NCBI GenBank assembly: GCA_050948665.1
Contig: JBMNEH010000001.1
Location: forward strand, 1,298,650 to 1,362,649
Origin: Christensenellales bacterium
GTDB taxonomy: Bacteria; Bacillota; Clostridia; Christensenellales; UMGS416
DNA: 64,000 bases
Reading direction: 5' to 3'
Below are positions 8,276 to 18,031 of this stretch, in pieces. How positions within the stretch are numbered: position 1 is the stretch's first letter; each line of letters starts with the position of its first letter. The notes beneath the pieces were generated by a model that was given only the letters and a program-made list of their open reading frames with translations, was not told the DNA's origin and ran no database searches. The position numbers and the translations under genes were made by a program.

Positions 8276-8691
8276 TTGCCGTCCTCCTTGTCTGTTCGTT
8301 CATGCAGTTGCGCGAGAATGTCCTTGAGCTTTTCAGGCACAGGCAGTCCAATCGATGTAGCGTTCTCCAAGAGCGACACGCCTTCATTGGCGATGTAGAA
8401 GAAGATGACCGCCGTGCGAAGCGGCGCGCTTGTGCCACCAAGCAGATAGGTGTCGATCAGGTGACCGATGCCGACTACCAAAAAGATCGCCACCTTCTTG
8501 GCAATGCCATGCGCCCCGATCCGGCTGGACAGTTTTTTCTCTACAATTGCCCTCAGTACGCCCGTGATGTAGTCCACAACCACAAAGGCGATGAGCGCAT
8601 AAAGGAAGCCGTCCAGTCCGCCCAAATACCAACCCAGCGTCCCGCCAATGGCAACGAACGCGGTCTGAATCCATGACCAAATTGCTTTCAT
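8272..8691 (-). CDS. holin (phage_holin_4_1 / TcdE-like family)
   Basis: 139 aa. Three predicted TM helices. VVDYITGVLRA...IANEGVSLLEN is typical of this holin family. GTGA overlap with the endolysin start. Confidence 0.85.
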   Translation of the reverse strand: MKAIWSWIQTAFVAIGGTLGWYLGGLDGFLYALIAFVVVDYITGVLRAIVEKKLSSRIGAHGIAKKVAIFLVVGIGHLIDTYLLGGTSAPLRTAVIFFYIANEGVSLLENATSIGLPVPEKLKDILAQLHERTDKEDGK

Positions 8692-8721
8692 GTGTTTCCT
8701 CCGTTTTGTATTTTAGATATT

Positions 8722-8751
8722 TAAAAAGCGCCTCCGCATAGCGAAGACGCT
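8722..8751 (-). terminator. intrinsic terminator after the tail-fibre gene
   Basis: Minus strand AGCGTCTTCGC-TAT-GCGGAGGCGCT (11-bp stem, 2 G-U pairs) followed by TTTTTAAAT. Confidence 0.6.
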
Positions 8752-8766
8752 GTGTAGCCGCGACCC

Positions 8767-11190
8767 TTACAGGGTCAATATCAAGTCTTGAATCTGCCGC
8801 ATAACCGCAGCCCGTGGCCGCCCTGTGCCCAGCGGCAGCCAATCCACCTCCGGCACATCGAACCCCGTGCCCGTATCAAACTGGTTGATGAAGGTAATAA
8901 CACCTTCCAGAGCGGCACGAATTTCAAGAATGTGGTACGGCCAGTTCTTGATGGCCGTCTTTCCGGCTATGATATTTTCACTCCAGTTTGCCGCCGCCAA
9001 TCCGTAGTAACCCCGCACGGCATTGACGGCCTCGCGGATCGTCCGGATGTGCTCGACCTTCACTTTAGTCTCATTTTCGGTGATGGTTTCAAAGGGTGAT
9101 GCCAGCACCGTAAAGTTGCAGTTCACCTCCGGACTGGAAGACGCAATCCCTTCATCCACACACTTGAACACTGCCGTTACGCTCCCGGTAGGCAGATCGG
9201 TTTCGGAACGAAAAACAGTCTTGACGCCGTTCCCAAGATAACCACCTTGGGAGAAGCGTTCGGGGTTGTTTACACTGTCCTGCCATTCATCAGCACCGAT
9301 TTTGATGCATACCTGCTGTACTTGCCCATCTGGTTCCATACCGGTCGTGATTAGGAAGCGCGGTCTCGCGTTATACGTCGCACCCCCGGCCTTGGGCGCA
9401 GTGACCATTAGAGCGGCGGGCGGGCTGTTCTTCTTGACCGTGCCGCTGACCGCAAACGCCGATACTGCACCCAGCGTATCGGTAACGCTGATCCGGTAAC
9501 GGGTATAGGTTCCCGCAACGATGGAAGCTGCGGTCTCATAGTTGCCAAAGGTCTCGCTGGATGAGATTGTTACCAGCGTCTCATATGCCTGCCACACCGC
9601 ACCGTCAGCAGATGTGCTCTGCTGGATCACATACTGTTTGATAGCACTGGTGCCGGCCGCCGCGCCACTCCATGTGAGCGTAATGATATTGATCTCGTAG
9701 ATGATAGGCGATGCCACAAAGGACGTCGGAGCAGCGGGCAACGTGTTTTTGCGTACGCTGTTGTTAGTTGCCTTCCACGTCGAATAATAACTGGAACCCG
9801 CCATACCCCTTGTACGCACCTGAAAGCGCCGGTAGTTGCCCCGTGTCGCGGAGGGGCTGACGCTTAGGCTGCCGGTGGTAGATGTGGTGGTCACCGTGGT
9901 CAGCGCCGTCCAGCCGCCCCAGGTGCTGCCGTCCGTGGACTCGCTGTATTGTATCTCGTAGGAGGAGATGGCGTTGCCCGCACCACTCGAGGCACCGCTC
10001 CAAGAAAGCGTGACGTTTCCTTCAGTCAGTGTGGCACTGACGGAGCACGCAGTGGGCGCGCCACAGGCGGTGATGGCGGCATAGATACTGTTGCTTTCCT
10101 TATAGGCGGCGGATACCGCGCCCAGTGTGTCGGTTACGCTCAAACGGTACTTCGTGTAGGTTCCAGCCACCGTCGTCGGTGTGACCACCTTGCTGCCGCT
10201 GGTCGAGGAAGTCGTAACGATGGTCAGCGCCGACCAAGATGTCCATGTTGAACCGTTGGTAGACGTACAGTGCTCGATGGTGTATTGCTTAATGGCGCTG
10301 GTGCCCGCTGCCGCACCGCTCCACGAGAGCGTAACGTTCTCGTTGTTGTAGGTTGCCGGACTGGCGGTAAAGCTGGTCGGCACAGTTGGAAGCGTGTTCT
10401 TCCGGACAGTATTGCTGGACACCTTCCAGCCGGAGTAATACGAACTGCCTGCCGCACCTCGCGTGCGCACCTGAAAGCGCCGAAAATACCCCCTTGTGGA
10501 AGAGGGAGACACGGAGATGCTCCCGCTGGTGGCGGTGGTGGTCACAGTAGTCAACGCCGCCCAACTGCCCCAGGAGGAGTTGTCGCTGGACTCGCTGTAT
10601 TGTATCTCGTAGGAAGTGATGGCGTTACCAATACCGCCGGATGCCCCGCTCCAAGACAGTGTGACAGCACCTTCGGCCAATGTACTGCTTACGCTGCAGG
10701 CGGTCGGCGCGCCGCAGGCGGTATAAGCCGTGTAGTTCAGGGCTACGGAATAATATGAAGCATGCTTATACGCCTGAAAAGCGGTACCCCCGTGCAGCCA
10801 CAAATAGTACGTGCCGCCTGCTGTCAGATTCACGGCGGCGGTTGTAAAGCTGCCCTGATAGCCGGAGGCGGTAATGCTGGAGAAAGTCACAGATCCGGAT
10901 ACCAAGCCTGACGGTACCGTATTGGTAGAGCCGTCCTTGCCCGATGTGCTGATCCTGTAGTTAAACGTTGCGGAGCTAGCCGAGGCTTTTACGGCAAATA
11001 AGGTAAATGTCAGCGTCGCCGCGCTTAAGTCGCCCGAGACGGACGGCACGGTAAATTTCAGAACATAGGGATAGCTTCCTCCGGCGTAACAGGTTTGCGA
11101 AGATGTCGCTCCGTATGTCGAGGAGCCGGAAGGAATCCATCCACTGTTCCAGTAGGAATGACCGGATATTGTTCCCGCTGCAGTTGCCAT
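8767..11190 (-). CDS. tail fibre / receptor-binding protein with four fibronectin-III-like repeats
   Basis: 807 aa. Contains an internal duplication of about 215 aa, each unit with two LSWSGA...Y.IQ..S...W FN3-like modules. Last gene of the tail module. Confidence 0.75.
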   Translation of the reverse strand: MATAAGTISGHSYWNSGWIPSGSSTYGATSSQTCYAGGSYPYVLKFTVPSVSGDLSAATLTFTLFAVKASASSATFNYRISTSGKDGSTNTVPSGLVSGSVTFSSITASGYQGSFTTAAVNLTAGGTYYLWLHGGTAFQAYKHASYYSVALNYTAYTACGAPTACSVSSTLAEGAVTLSWSGASGGIGNAITSYEIQYSESSDNSSWGSWAALTTVTTTATSGSISVSPSSTRGYFRRFQVRTRGAAGSSYYSGWKVSSNTVRKNTLPTVPTSFTASPATYNNENVTLSWSGAAAGTSAIKQYTIEHCTSTNGSTWTSWSALTIVTTSSTSGSKVVTPTTVAGTYTKYRLSVTDTLGAVSAAYKESNSIYAAITACGAPTACSVSATLTEGNVTLSWSGASSGAGNAISSYEIQYSESTDGSTWGGWTALTTVTTTSTTGSLSVSPSATRGNYRRFQVRTRGMAGSSYYSTWKATNNSVRKNTLPAAPTSFVASPIIYEINIITLTWSGAAAGTSAIKQYVIQQSTSADGAVWQAYETLVTISSSETFGNYETAASIVAGTYTRYRISVTDTLGAVSAFAVSGTVKKNSPPAALMVTAPKAGGATYNARPRFLITTGMEPDGQVQQVCIKIGADEWQDSVNNPERFSQGGYLGNGVKTVFRSETDLPTGSVTAVFKCVDEGIASSSPEVNCNFTVLASPFETITENETKVKVEHIRTIREAVNAVRGYYGLAAANWSENIIAGKTAIKNWPYHILEIRAALEGVITFINQFDTGTGFDVPEVDWLPLGTGRPRAAVMRQIQDLILTL
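9420..10716 (-). repeat. internal tandem duplication (2 x about 645 nt) inside the tail-fibre gene
   Basis: Both units start ACGAPTACSVS.TL.EG.VTLSWSGAS and continue co-linearly. DNA identity is roughly 75% by eye (compare 9950..10080 with 10600..10730). Confidence 0.8.
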
Positions 11191-11200
11191 TTACCTCACC

Positions 11201-11704
11201 TCACTCGTAGACTGCGGAGACCAGCGAATTGACCAGTCCACAGAGCGTTGTGTTTAGTCTTGTGTCGGTGATGCTGCCCGCCGGGATGGACACCACACCC
11301 TTGGCTACCGCGATGTCGGCGATGCCCAGTTCATAGAGGTCGTTATTGCGCGTTAGATCCGGTGCCACGGGCGATGCGCTTGCCACGCCGGTTAAGACCG
11401 CCAAGCGAATTTCACGGCCAACTGCGCTCCAACGCACGACCACACGGTCAATCCGGGGGTTGACACCGTTGGCGGTGGCCAGATCTAACTCCAACATATC
11501 GGTGTTCTCATAGGCATAGCCATTGATCCAGGCGCTGCCGGGCAGCACCGCAACCTTCATACCCGTGGCCGCCACTACTTGTAAATTCGTAGCGGAAGCG
11601 TAAAAGATGCCATTGCTGACCAGCTTTCCGAAATAGGCGGCAAAGTCCGAAGCGTTATACACCCGGTCACCACCGGAAGAATTGAAAAAGCCGCTCTTTT
11701 CCAT
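11201..11704 (-). CDS. tail/baseplate-associated structural protein (hypothetical)
   Basis: 167 aa. Lies between the Gp37-like protein and the tail fibre. The N-terminus GGDRVYNASDFAAYFGKLVSNGI recurs in Firmicutes phage fibre-proximal proteins (from memory). Confidence 0.5.
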   Translation of the reverse strand: MEKSGFFNSSGGDRVYNASDFAAYFGKLVSNGIFYASATNLQVVAATGMKVAVLPGSAWINGYAYENTDMLELDLATANGVNPRIDRVVVRWSAVGREIRLAVLTGVASASPVAPDLTRNNDLYELGIADIAVAKGVVSIPAGSITDTRLNTTLCGLVNSLVSAVYE

Positions 11705-12745
11705 CTAAAAACCTCCTTTAATTCTTTGCAGCAGCGATAGAACGCCCTTGCCAAACACGATGTTTAAGCTTTGTCCGTCTGAGTCGTAGCTCTCTTCAAT
11801 CTCGGTAATCCGAGCAGTCAGCGCCACGCCCCACTTCTTGGAAATCACCTGCACTACCTGACCGAGATCAAAATCTTCTTTGTATTTCAGGTTGCCGTGG
11901 GGATTGACCGCCGCATCGAAGGACTGTACCATGGCCAATTCTGACAGCTTGCTCTGTCCCCGAAAGATCAGGGCGTCAGCATACCCGCTGCCGAAGTCCT
12001 CCTGCCGAAGGTCTTTGGCGTCCACAAACAACTCACGTCGCTGTTCGCCGGAGTCCCCGATGATGCTGACAAAGGTGCGTTCCGTGCCTTCTCCCTCGCC
12101 GCCAATGAGGGCGGTGTCGGCGTAATCCACATTGCTTTGGATATAGGTCTGCTCGGTTAGGTTCTCGTATTCGCGGGAGAACACTGCCTGTGAGGTAGCG
12201 CCTTCATACAGCGTGACGGTAAAATCCCGCTCAGCAGGACTGAACACAGTCTTTATTCCGACATTCGCCGTGTCACACAGTCCGGTCACCACATCCATGA
12301 GGTTCCTGTAGGATATCTGCGTGTTGACGGACATCGGCAATGAAGGAGCAGCAAACGAGACGAAGTCGATTTTTCGATTTCCATCAGCGGGATTGAGGAT
12401 GTGGTGATCGAGCAGCGTCTGCACGCAGGTTGACAGCGTTCCATTCAGCGTCTCGATGCCCCATATGATCCGCCGGGCGAGCAGGCTGGTGGCGAAGCGT
12501 CCACTTACCGTGATGATTTCCTTATCCGTTTGCGACAGTTCTACATGTTCGATGATCCCGGCTTCTTCGTCATCGCTCTTCCAGAGGTAGTGGCCTATTT
12601 GCAGTAACGCAAGGTTCTCAGTTGTGGCGATGGCTTTGAGTTCAAATGAACCACAGGCGGAATACCTCCGCGTCCAGCGCAGATATTCGAAGGACTCTAC
12701 AATACCCGCAAGGTTGCGGGTCTGGTCAAACACATACAATTGCAC
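11705..12745 (-). CDS. siphovirus ReqiPepy6 Gp37-like tail protein
   Basis: 346 aa, GTG start. N-terminus QLYVFDQTRNLAGIVESFEYLRWTRRYSACGSFELKA matches my memory of this family. Position after Dit. Confidence 0.6.
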   Translation of the reverse strand: MQLYVFDQTRNLAGIVESFEYLRWTRRYSACGSFELKAIATTENLALLQIGHYLWKSDDEEAGIIEHVELSQTDKEIITVSGRFATSLLARRIIWGIETLNGTLSTCVQTLLDHHILNPADGNRKIDFVSFAAPSLPMSVNTQISYRNLMDVVTGLCDTANVGIKTVFSPAERDFTVTLYEGATSQAVFSREYENLTEQTYIQSNVDYADTALIGGEGEGTERTFVSIIGDSGEQRRELFVDAKDLRQEDFGSGYADALIFRGQSKLSELAMVQSFDAAVNPHGNLKYKEDFDLGQVVQVISKKWGVALTARITEIEESYDSDGQSLNIVFGKGVLSLLQRIKGGF

Positions 12746-12747
12746 AA

Positions 12748-13599
12748 TTACACCCCCAGGAAAAGCGGACGGTAGTAGATGCTCACTTCCAGCAGATCCA
12801 TGTTGGTCTCCGCACTGTATCGCAGCGTGTTGTGCCCGGTGTCCAACTGTAGAAAGATGGAATCGGTATCCAGCTGCGAAAAGGCATTGCTTTGTGTTTG
12901 CCCGGCTAGGCGCACCACCCGCTTCCCAGCGAAGTGGGTGTACACGCGCAGTTCCTCGCCAGCGGCCATGGTTGTGTTCAGCCGCAACACCTCGCCGGTG
13001 TCCACATTCATGAGCTCAGGGTTTGTCACCGTACCCAGCGCCTTAAACACGATCTGGCATCCGCAGGGTACGTCGCCGATGTTGTCCACCGTGATGATCT
13101 GGCTGGGCTGACGAACGCCAAACTCCATGCCGCTCTCGGGGATTTCTAACTCAAACTGGAATAGCGGCGTCCACATGGCCAGTTCTTCGCGCACTTCCTC
13201 CAACATCTCGAAAAAGGGTGACGGACAGAGCAGGCTAACGAAGAACTTCGGTGCGCGCTCCCGGGAGGAAGCCGCAAAGCCCGCTTCTTCCACCACGCAT
13301 GCGATCTGCCGCTGGCGGTAGACCAGCGTGCCTTGCTGCTTGGGTGTAAAGACGCGGAGGAACCGCTTGCGCTGTTCATAGGCTTCGTCCACAGTGCTCG
13401 CTATGACCGTGCCCTCCAGCGTAATATTGCGCATTTCCAGTGTGGAGGAAATATAAAAGGCGCCATCCTGATCCGGCGCTTTGAAGGTGTTGACGCTTTG
13501 ACGGGCGGAGCCCGTTCCGTCCAGTTTACTTAGGAAGAAGGGGCGCGTCTGCTTGAGCGTAAGCCGCTCATCGGCGGCGTTAATGTAGATCAGTTCCAT
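12748..13599 (-). CDS. distal tail protein (Dit-like phage tail family protein)
   Basis: 283 aa, immediately downstream of the tape measure gene. Call is by synteny. Confidence 0.6.
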   Translation of the reverse strand: MELIYINAADERLTLKQTRPFFLSKLDGTGSARQSVNTFKAPDQDGAFYISSTLEMRNITLEGTVIASTVDEAYEQRKRFLRVFTPKQQGTLVYRQRQIACVVEEAGFAASSRERAPKFFVSLLCPSPFFEMLEEVREELAMWTPLFQFELEIPESGMEFGVRQPSQIITVDNIGDVPCGCQIVFKALGTVTNPELMNVDTGEVLRLNTTMAAGEELRVYTHFAGKRVVRLAGQTQSNAFSQLDTDSIFLQLDTGHNTLRYSAETNMDLLEVSIYYRPLFLGV

Positions 13600-13612
13600 G
13601 CCCGTTCCTCCT

Positions 13613-16057
13613 TTAATATTCCAGCGCCAGCTTGCGCGACAGGTTCTTAAACTCCCGCGTCAGCTCTTTTTCGGAGAGCGCCTTTGGCGTCACCACCGAT
13701 ATGGTCTGGTTGATGGTCGTGCCGGCGGTGCCGAGGGAACCCTCCCGCACGGAAAGTCTGCCATTCATGTTTAACCCGATATCTGTATCAAATTGGGTCG
13801 GGATAGCGTCCCGCATATCTCTAGCCACGGTATCCATGGCGTCCTCGAAGCCCACGCCGATGCCTTCGCCCATGTTTCTGCCCAGCCCTGCAAAGAGCGT
13901 GGACGGGCTACGAATGCCGAAGAAGTTCTTGATGCCGTCCACAATGCCGGAAAAGAAGCCTTTGATCTTTCCCCAGATCCAATCGGCGGCGTTTGAGATA
14001 CCTTGCCACAACCCCTTGATGAGGTTGCCGCCTGCTTCCACCAGCTTCCATGCCAAGCTCCCGATGGCTTCCACAATGCCGGTGATAATTTGGGGGATAG
14101 CCTTGACGATCTCCACGATGATGGTGGGAAGGTTCTCAATCAAGGCGACAAAAAGCTGCACGCCCGCCATGATGATCTTGTCGATGTTGCCAATGATGGC
14201 GTCCACCAGACCGCTGACAATCTGCGGAATGGCCTTGACCACAGTGACGATGATCTGCGGCAGCGCTTGAATCAGCGACACCAGCAGCTTGATTCCCGAC
14301 TCTATAATGAGGGGGATTGCGCCGATGACTGCATTGATCACGCCGTCTATGATCTTGGGGATGGCTGCAACCACAGTGGTGATGATGGTCGGCAGCGCGC
14401 CAATCAGCGAGGTCAGCAGTTGGATGCCCGCCTCGATGATCTGCGGTATGGAGCCAATGATGAAGTCCACGATTGCCAGAATGATGGTAGGCAGCGCCGC
14501 GATGAGCTCCGGCAACGCAATCAGCAGCCCGTCCACCAGACCAAGGATGATCTGAAGCGCCGCATCCATCAGCATCGGTAGGCTTTCGATCAAGCCCTGT
14601 ACGATGGTGATGATGGCTTGCACAGCCGCCGGGATCAGCTGCGGCAGCGCAGCACCGATGCCGGACACGAGCGCAGCCACCAACTGTACCGCCGCGCTGA
14701 TCAGCAGTGGTAGGTTGTCGATGATCGCGCCCACGATGGTCATGACCGCATCCACAGCGGCGGGGATCAGTTCCGGCAGAAGGTTCAGAATCGTCTCAAG
14801 CACCTGCGAGAACAGGCTAGTGACAGTATCGAGCAATATGGGAAGTAGTTCGCCAACCGCTGTTAATATCGCATCGAAGGCAGGCGGGAGTGCGGTTACG
14901 ATGTTTTCCAGCACCGGCACGATGTTCGCGACCACAGCCTGAAACGCGTCCACAAGGTTCTGTGTCAGGTTGGTCATATCCGCATCGGCGTTACCCAACC
15001 CGGCGGTGAATGAGCCAAGAGCGGCCTGTAGCAGTCCCAACGACCCTGATATTGTTTCCGTGGACTCCTTGGCAAAGTTGCCCGCATACTGCTCGGTGTT
15101 CTCGAAAAACATCTGCATGGCGACTTCGGCCTTTTCAGAGTTAGATGCGGAAGCCCATACAAAGTCCAGCCCCTTGGCGGCGGCGTAGGCTTGGATGGAT
15201 GTGGCGTTCATACTCACGCCGAGGTTATCCATCATAGTGAAATTACCCTTGGCCGCGCCTGCTACCGAGTCCAGTGCCATCTGCATGTCGATGCCCATGA
15301 CCGATGCCATGTCTGCAGCACGCTGCATGGCCTTTTCACTGAGTTCAGCCGATCGTTGCACATCAAGGCCTGAACCTTGGAACAACGCACCCATTTTATT
15401 GGCGGTCGCTAAATACTGTGATTGTGACACGCCCATATTTTTATACGCATCTTCGCCGATCTTCTGCATATGGTCGGCATAACCTTGAAAGACGGCCTCG
15501 CTTCCACCTAAGTTCTGTTCCAACTCACCGAACTGCTGCACGACTTCTTTGCCAAGTTTGATGGCAGTTGCTCCGGCAGCAACGATGACCGCGCCCATGG
15601 CCGCGCCGATTCCTTTGAGGATTCCGCCCAGCTTCTCGAACCTGCCGCCAGCGTCCTCGGCGCTCTTGCCCGACTCAACGAGTTCCTCGCCAAGATCCTC
15701 CGCATCTTCCGCAGACTCCTCCAGTTCGCGCTCCATGCCGTTGAGCTCAGCTTGCGCCTTGTTTAGCTGGATCTGCCAGTTCTGTGTGCGACGATCATTT
15801 TCGCCAAAAGAAGAAGCCGCGTTATCCAGCGCGGCCTTGAGGGTGGTGATCTTGTCTTTCTGTGCTTCAATTTCTTTATTCAGTACGACGTTGCGAGAGG
15901 AAAGCGCGTTGACGGACTTATCGTTCTTGTCAAACTGTGAGGTGACGAGCTGCATTTCTGAGCCAAGTACTTTAAAGCTCTGGTTGATATCCGAAAGCGC
16001 CTTCTTAAACTCGTGCTCACCCTCGATGCCGATTTTAAGGCCAAAATTGTCCGCCAT
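13613..16057 (-). CDS. tail tape measure protein
   Basis: 814 aa. N-terminal coiled coil and long hydrophobic periodic repeats (IPQIIEAGIQLL.., IPKIIDGVINAV.., IPQIVSGLVDAI..). Position after the chaperone genes. Confidence 0.9.
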   Translation of the reverse strand: MADNFGLKIGIEGEHEFKKALSDINQSFKVLGSEMQLVTSQFDKNDKSVNALSSRNVVLNKEIEAQKDKITTLKAALDNAASSFGENDRRTQNWQIQLNKAQAELNGMERELEESAEDAEDLGEELVESGKSAEDAGGRFEKLGGILKGIGAAMGAVIVAAGATAIKLGKEVVQQFGELEQNLGGSEAVFQGYADHMQKIGEDAYKNMGVSQSQYLATANKMGALFQGSGLDVQRSAELSEKAMQRAADMASVMGIDMQMALDSVAGAAKGNFTMMDNLGVSMNATSIQAYAAAKGLDFVWASASNSEKAEVAMQMFFENTEQYAGNFAKESTETISGSLGLLQAALGSFTAGLGNADADMTNLTQNLVDAFQAVVANIVPVLENIVTALPPAFDAILTAVGELLPILLDTVTSLFSQVLETILNLLPELIPAAVDAVMTIVGAIIDNLPLLISAAVQLVAALVSGIGAALPQLIPAAVQAIITIVQGLIESLPMLMDAALQIILGLVDGLLIALPELIAALPTIILAIVDFIIGSIPQIIEAGIQLLTSLIGALPTIITTVVAAIPKIIDGVINAVIGAIPLIIESGIKLLVSLIQALPQIIVTVVKAIPQIVSGLVDAIIGNIDKIIMAGVQLFVALIENLPTIIVEIVKAIPQIITGIVEAIGSLAWKLVEAGGNLIKGLWQGISNAADWIWGKIKGFFSGIVDGIKNFFGIRSPSTLFAGLGRNMGEGIGVGFEDAMDTVARDMRDAIPTQFDTDIGLNMNGRLSVREGSLGTAGTTINQTISVVTPKALSEKELTREFKNLSRKLALEY

Positions 16058-16071
16058 ACCGTCACCTCCTT

Positions 16072-16649
16072 CTATACATCCAGCGGGATGACATCGTCAA
16101 TTGTCCAGTTTCGCTTGGGCTTCTCCGTTCCTAAAAATTGTTTATGGCAAGCCCACAGGTCAAGAAACAGACCGATGGGCATGAGCCAGTAATCTTCCGC
16201 GCTCATGCCCATCTGCACCGTGCCGTAATAGTAAAGCCGGGTAAACAACTCCGCATCGTTTATCCGGCTTTCCCGTTTTTTGGTGTGGGTTCTGCCTCGC
16301 TTTCCACATTACGCTTGGTGCCCTTGAACATCGCCTCGGAGATAGCGGTTTTGTAATCCGCCAGCTCCAGTGGCGTGGTCAGCAGCTCCACCTCATCGTC
16401 GGTAAGTAAGTCTTTAGGAGCGTCCTTATGCTTCAGGTTATAGATGAGGATCGACTGATTGGCCAGCAGGGCGATCAGCCACACGATCTCCTCCAGCGCC
16501 ATCTCAAAATTCTCGGCTTTCATCAGCTTCTCGCCGAGGTTTTCCAGTCCGCCATACCGACCTGCGATGGCCTTGGTAGCCTTTGTGGTTAAAATGAGCT
16601 CATATTCTGTGCCGCCGATGCTGATGACGGCGCTTCTCTCGTTATCCAT
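16072..16649 (-). CDS. tail assembly chaperone G-T fusion made by programmed -1 frameshift
   Basis: After slippage at 16275..16281 the -1 frame stays open for about 68 codons (RESRINDAELFTRLYYYGTVQMGMSAEDYWLMPIGLFLDLWACHKQFLGTEKPKRNWTIDDVIPLDV) to TAG at 16072..16074. Confidence 0.7.
16260..16649 (-). CDS. tail assembly chaperone (G-like, zero-frame product)
   Basis: 129 aa. Lies between the major tail and tape measure genes. Ends 15 nt past an A-AAA-AAC slippery heptamer. Confidence 0.75.
   Translation of the reverse strand: MDNERSAVISIGGTEYELILTTKATKAIAGRYGGLENLGEKLMKAENFEMALEEIVWLIALLANQSILIYNLKHKDAPKDLLTDDEVELLTTPLELADYKTAISEAMFKGTKRNVESEAEPTPKNGKAG
16275..16281 (-). promoter_or_regulatory. 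-1 ribosomal frameshift slippery heptamer A AAA AAC
   Basis: Zero-frame codons are CCA AAA AAC GGG, which fits the X XXY YYZ pattern. Canonical position in the G/GT chaperone pair. Confidence 0.7.
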
Positions 16650-16661
16650 GATTCACTCCTC

Positions 16662-17252
16662 CTATGGTTCCGGTGTATAGACCGGCTCGTACACTTCGGT
16701 GAACCAGCCGGTGATGGTTGAGGACGAGACGCCCGCACCGCTCTCGGTGACCTCTGCCTTCCACGGATGCTTGCCCATGCCATCCACTTTGTTGCGGCGC
16801 ATGACCGTGCCTTCAATGGTAGGGGTGGAGAACGTGATGGAGTCACCCTTGGTTTGCAGGTTGGTGGCGGGGATGCCAAACTTGACCTTGTACAGCCAGA
16901 AGTAGCGGTACTTGCCGTCCGGCTTCATGGCACGAAAGCCCACCGCCACCGGTGCACCGGCGTTCTCGCTGGCCGAGATCAGTACGCCATTGTCGTCGGT
17001 GACGGCACCGGTCAAATCCTGAGCGGCGGTCACGCCGATATCGTCCACGCCCAAGGAGAGCGTGCCGGACTTAAAATCCTTGATGACCTCCGCCGCACCG
17101 TCGTCGGCATAGAGCACCGCCTCAGCCAGTTCGATGGACAGATCGGCTTTGATGGCCTTGGCCAGTTGTGCTGGAAGACCATAGGTTTCCTCTCCGTCCT
17201 CGCTCTCTGTGATCTTTGCGTAATATAATTTATCCAAGCCGATTGTCGCCAT
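16662..17252 (-). CDS. major tail protein (phi13-like family)
   Basis: 196 aa. MATIGLDKLYYAKITESEDGEETYG resembles the N-terminus of phi13-family major tail proteins. Also called by synteny. Confidence 0.75.
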   Translation of the reverse strand: MATIGLDKLYYAKITESEDGEETYGLPAQLAKAIKADLSIELAEAVLYADDGAAEVIKDFKSGTLSLGVDDIGVTAAQDLTGAVTDDNGVLISASENAGAPVAVGFRAMKPDGKYRYFWLYKVKFGIPATNLQTKGDSITFSTPTIEGTVMRRNKVDGMGKHPWKAEVTESGAGVSSSTITGWFTEVYEPVYTPEP

Positions 17253-17255
17253 GGT

Positions 17256-17594
17256 TCATTCCTCCAATTCATAATGGTGTGCCACATCAATGGCGTAGTG
17301 GTGGTAGCCGGTATCGTCCTCGTGGCCGATGTATCGCCGGTCTGTTATGGTGATTTCCGCACCGAGCAGAGACTGCGTGAGTTGCCGTTTCCTTTGCAGA
17401 TAATTGCCTTTAGAAAATAGCGAAATCCGCACCTCGGAGACTTCGATGAGAGGAAAGTTATCGCCAAACAGGGCGAATTCATCCGTCATCGGAGTCAGCA
17501 CAAGGTACTCATCGGGCGGGACGCCGGAAAAAACACCCGTCTCCACGGGGAGAACGGGCGCGAGTAAAGTATTCAGTTCAGCCAATATGCTCAT
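17256..17594 (-). CDS. tail terminator / tail completion protein (putative)
   Basis: 112 aa. Synteny: between the HK97 gp10-like gene and the major tail gene. Confidence 0.5.
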   Translation of the reverse strand: MSILAELNTLLAPVLPVETGVFSGVPPDEYLVLTPMTDEFALFGDNFPLIEVSEVRISLFSKGNYLQRKRQLTQSLLGAEITITDRRYIGHEDDTGYHHYAIDVAHHYELEE

Positions 17595-18031
17595 ACGCCG
17601 TCCACCTCCGATTCAAACTTCGCCTTCATAGCCGCCACCATCGCAGATTTGCTTGACGACTTGGCGGGCTTCAAGAAAGGCTTCGGCGCTTGCCCGTGCT
17701 TGCCGTATTCGAGAATGTTGGCGATTTTAGCATTACTGCCGCCGCCGCTCCTCGGTTCGGAGAAACCAACCTTCACGTTGAAATTCCCGTTCCTATCTAT
17801 CAAAGCGGGTGAAAGTCCCAGCGCGGATTCCAGTTCTCCCGTAGAGCGGCTTTCAATTTTCGTATTTTTGCCGACAACGGAGGAAAGGTTGCTTTTCACC
17901 TTATCCAGAACGACCTTGCCGCCGGCTTCCAGCACCTTGGGGATAATCGTATCGGTTTGGTCGCCGAGCCGGGAAATCTTCAACAAGAAATCCTCAGGCA
18001 TTTTCATTTCTGCTTTCGCCATATTCGTCAC
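17591..18031 (-). CDS. HK97 gp10-family head-tail joining protein
   Basis: 146 aa. LEYGKHGQAPKPFLKPA motif typical of the gp10 family. ATGA overlaps with both neighbours. Confidence 0.7.
   Translation of the reverse strand: MTNMAKAEMKMPEDFLLKISRLGDQTDTIIPKVLEAGGKVVLDKVKSNLSSVVGKNTKIESRSTGELESALGLSPALIDRNGNFNVKVGFSEPRSGGGSNAKIANILEYGKHGQAPKPFLKPAKSSSKSAMVAAMKAKFESEVDGV

Noticed and set aside
13632-14581. Plus-strand ORFs of 212 and 192 aa inside the tape measure region (one very D/H/N/R-rich)
   Set aside because: They are antisense to the tape measure gene. Their periodic, low-complexity composition mirrors the TMP repeats.
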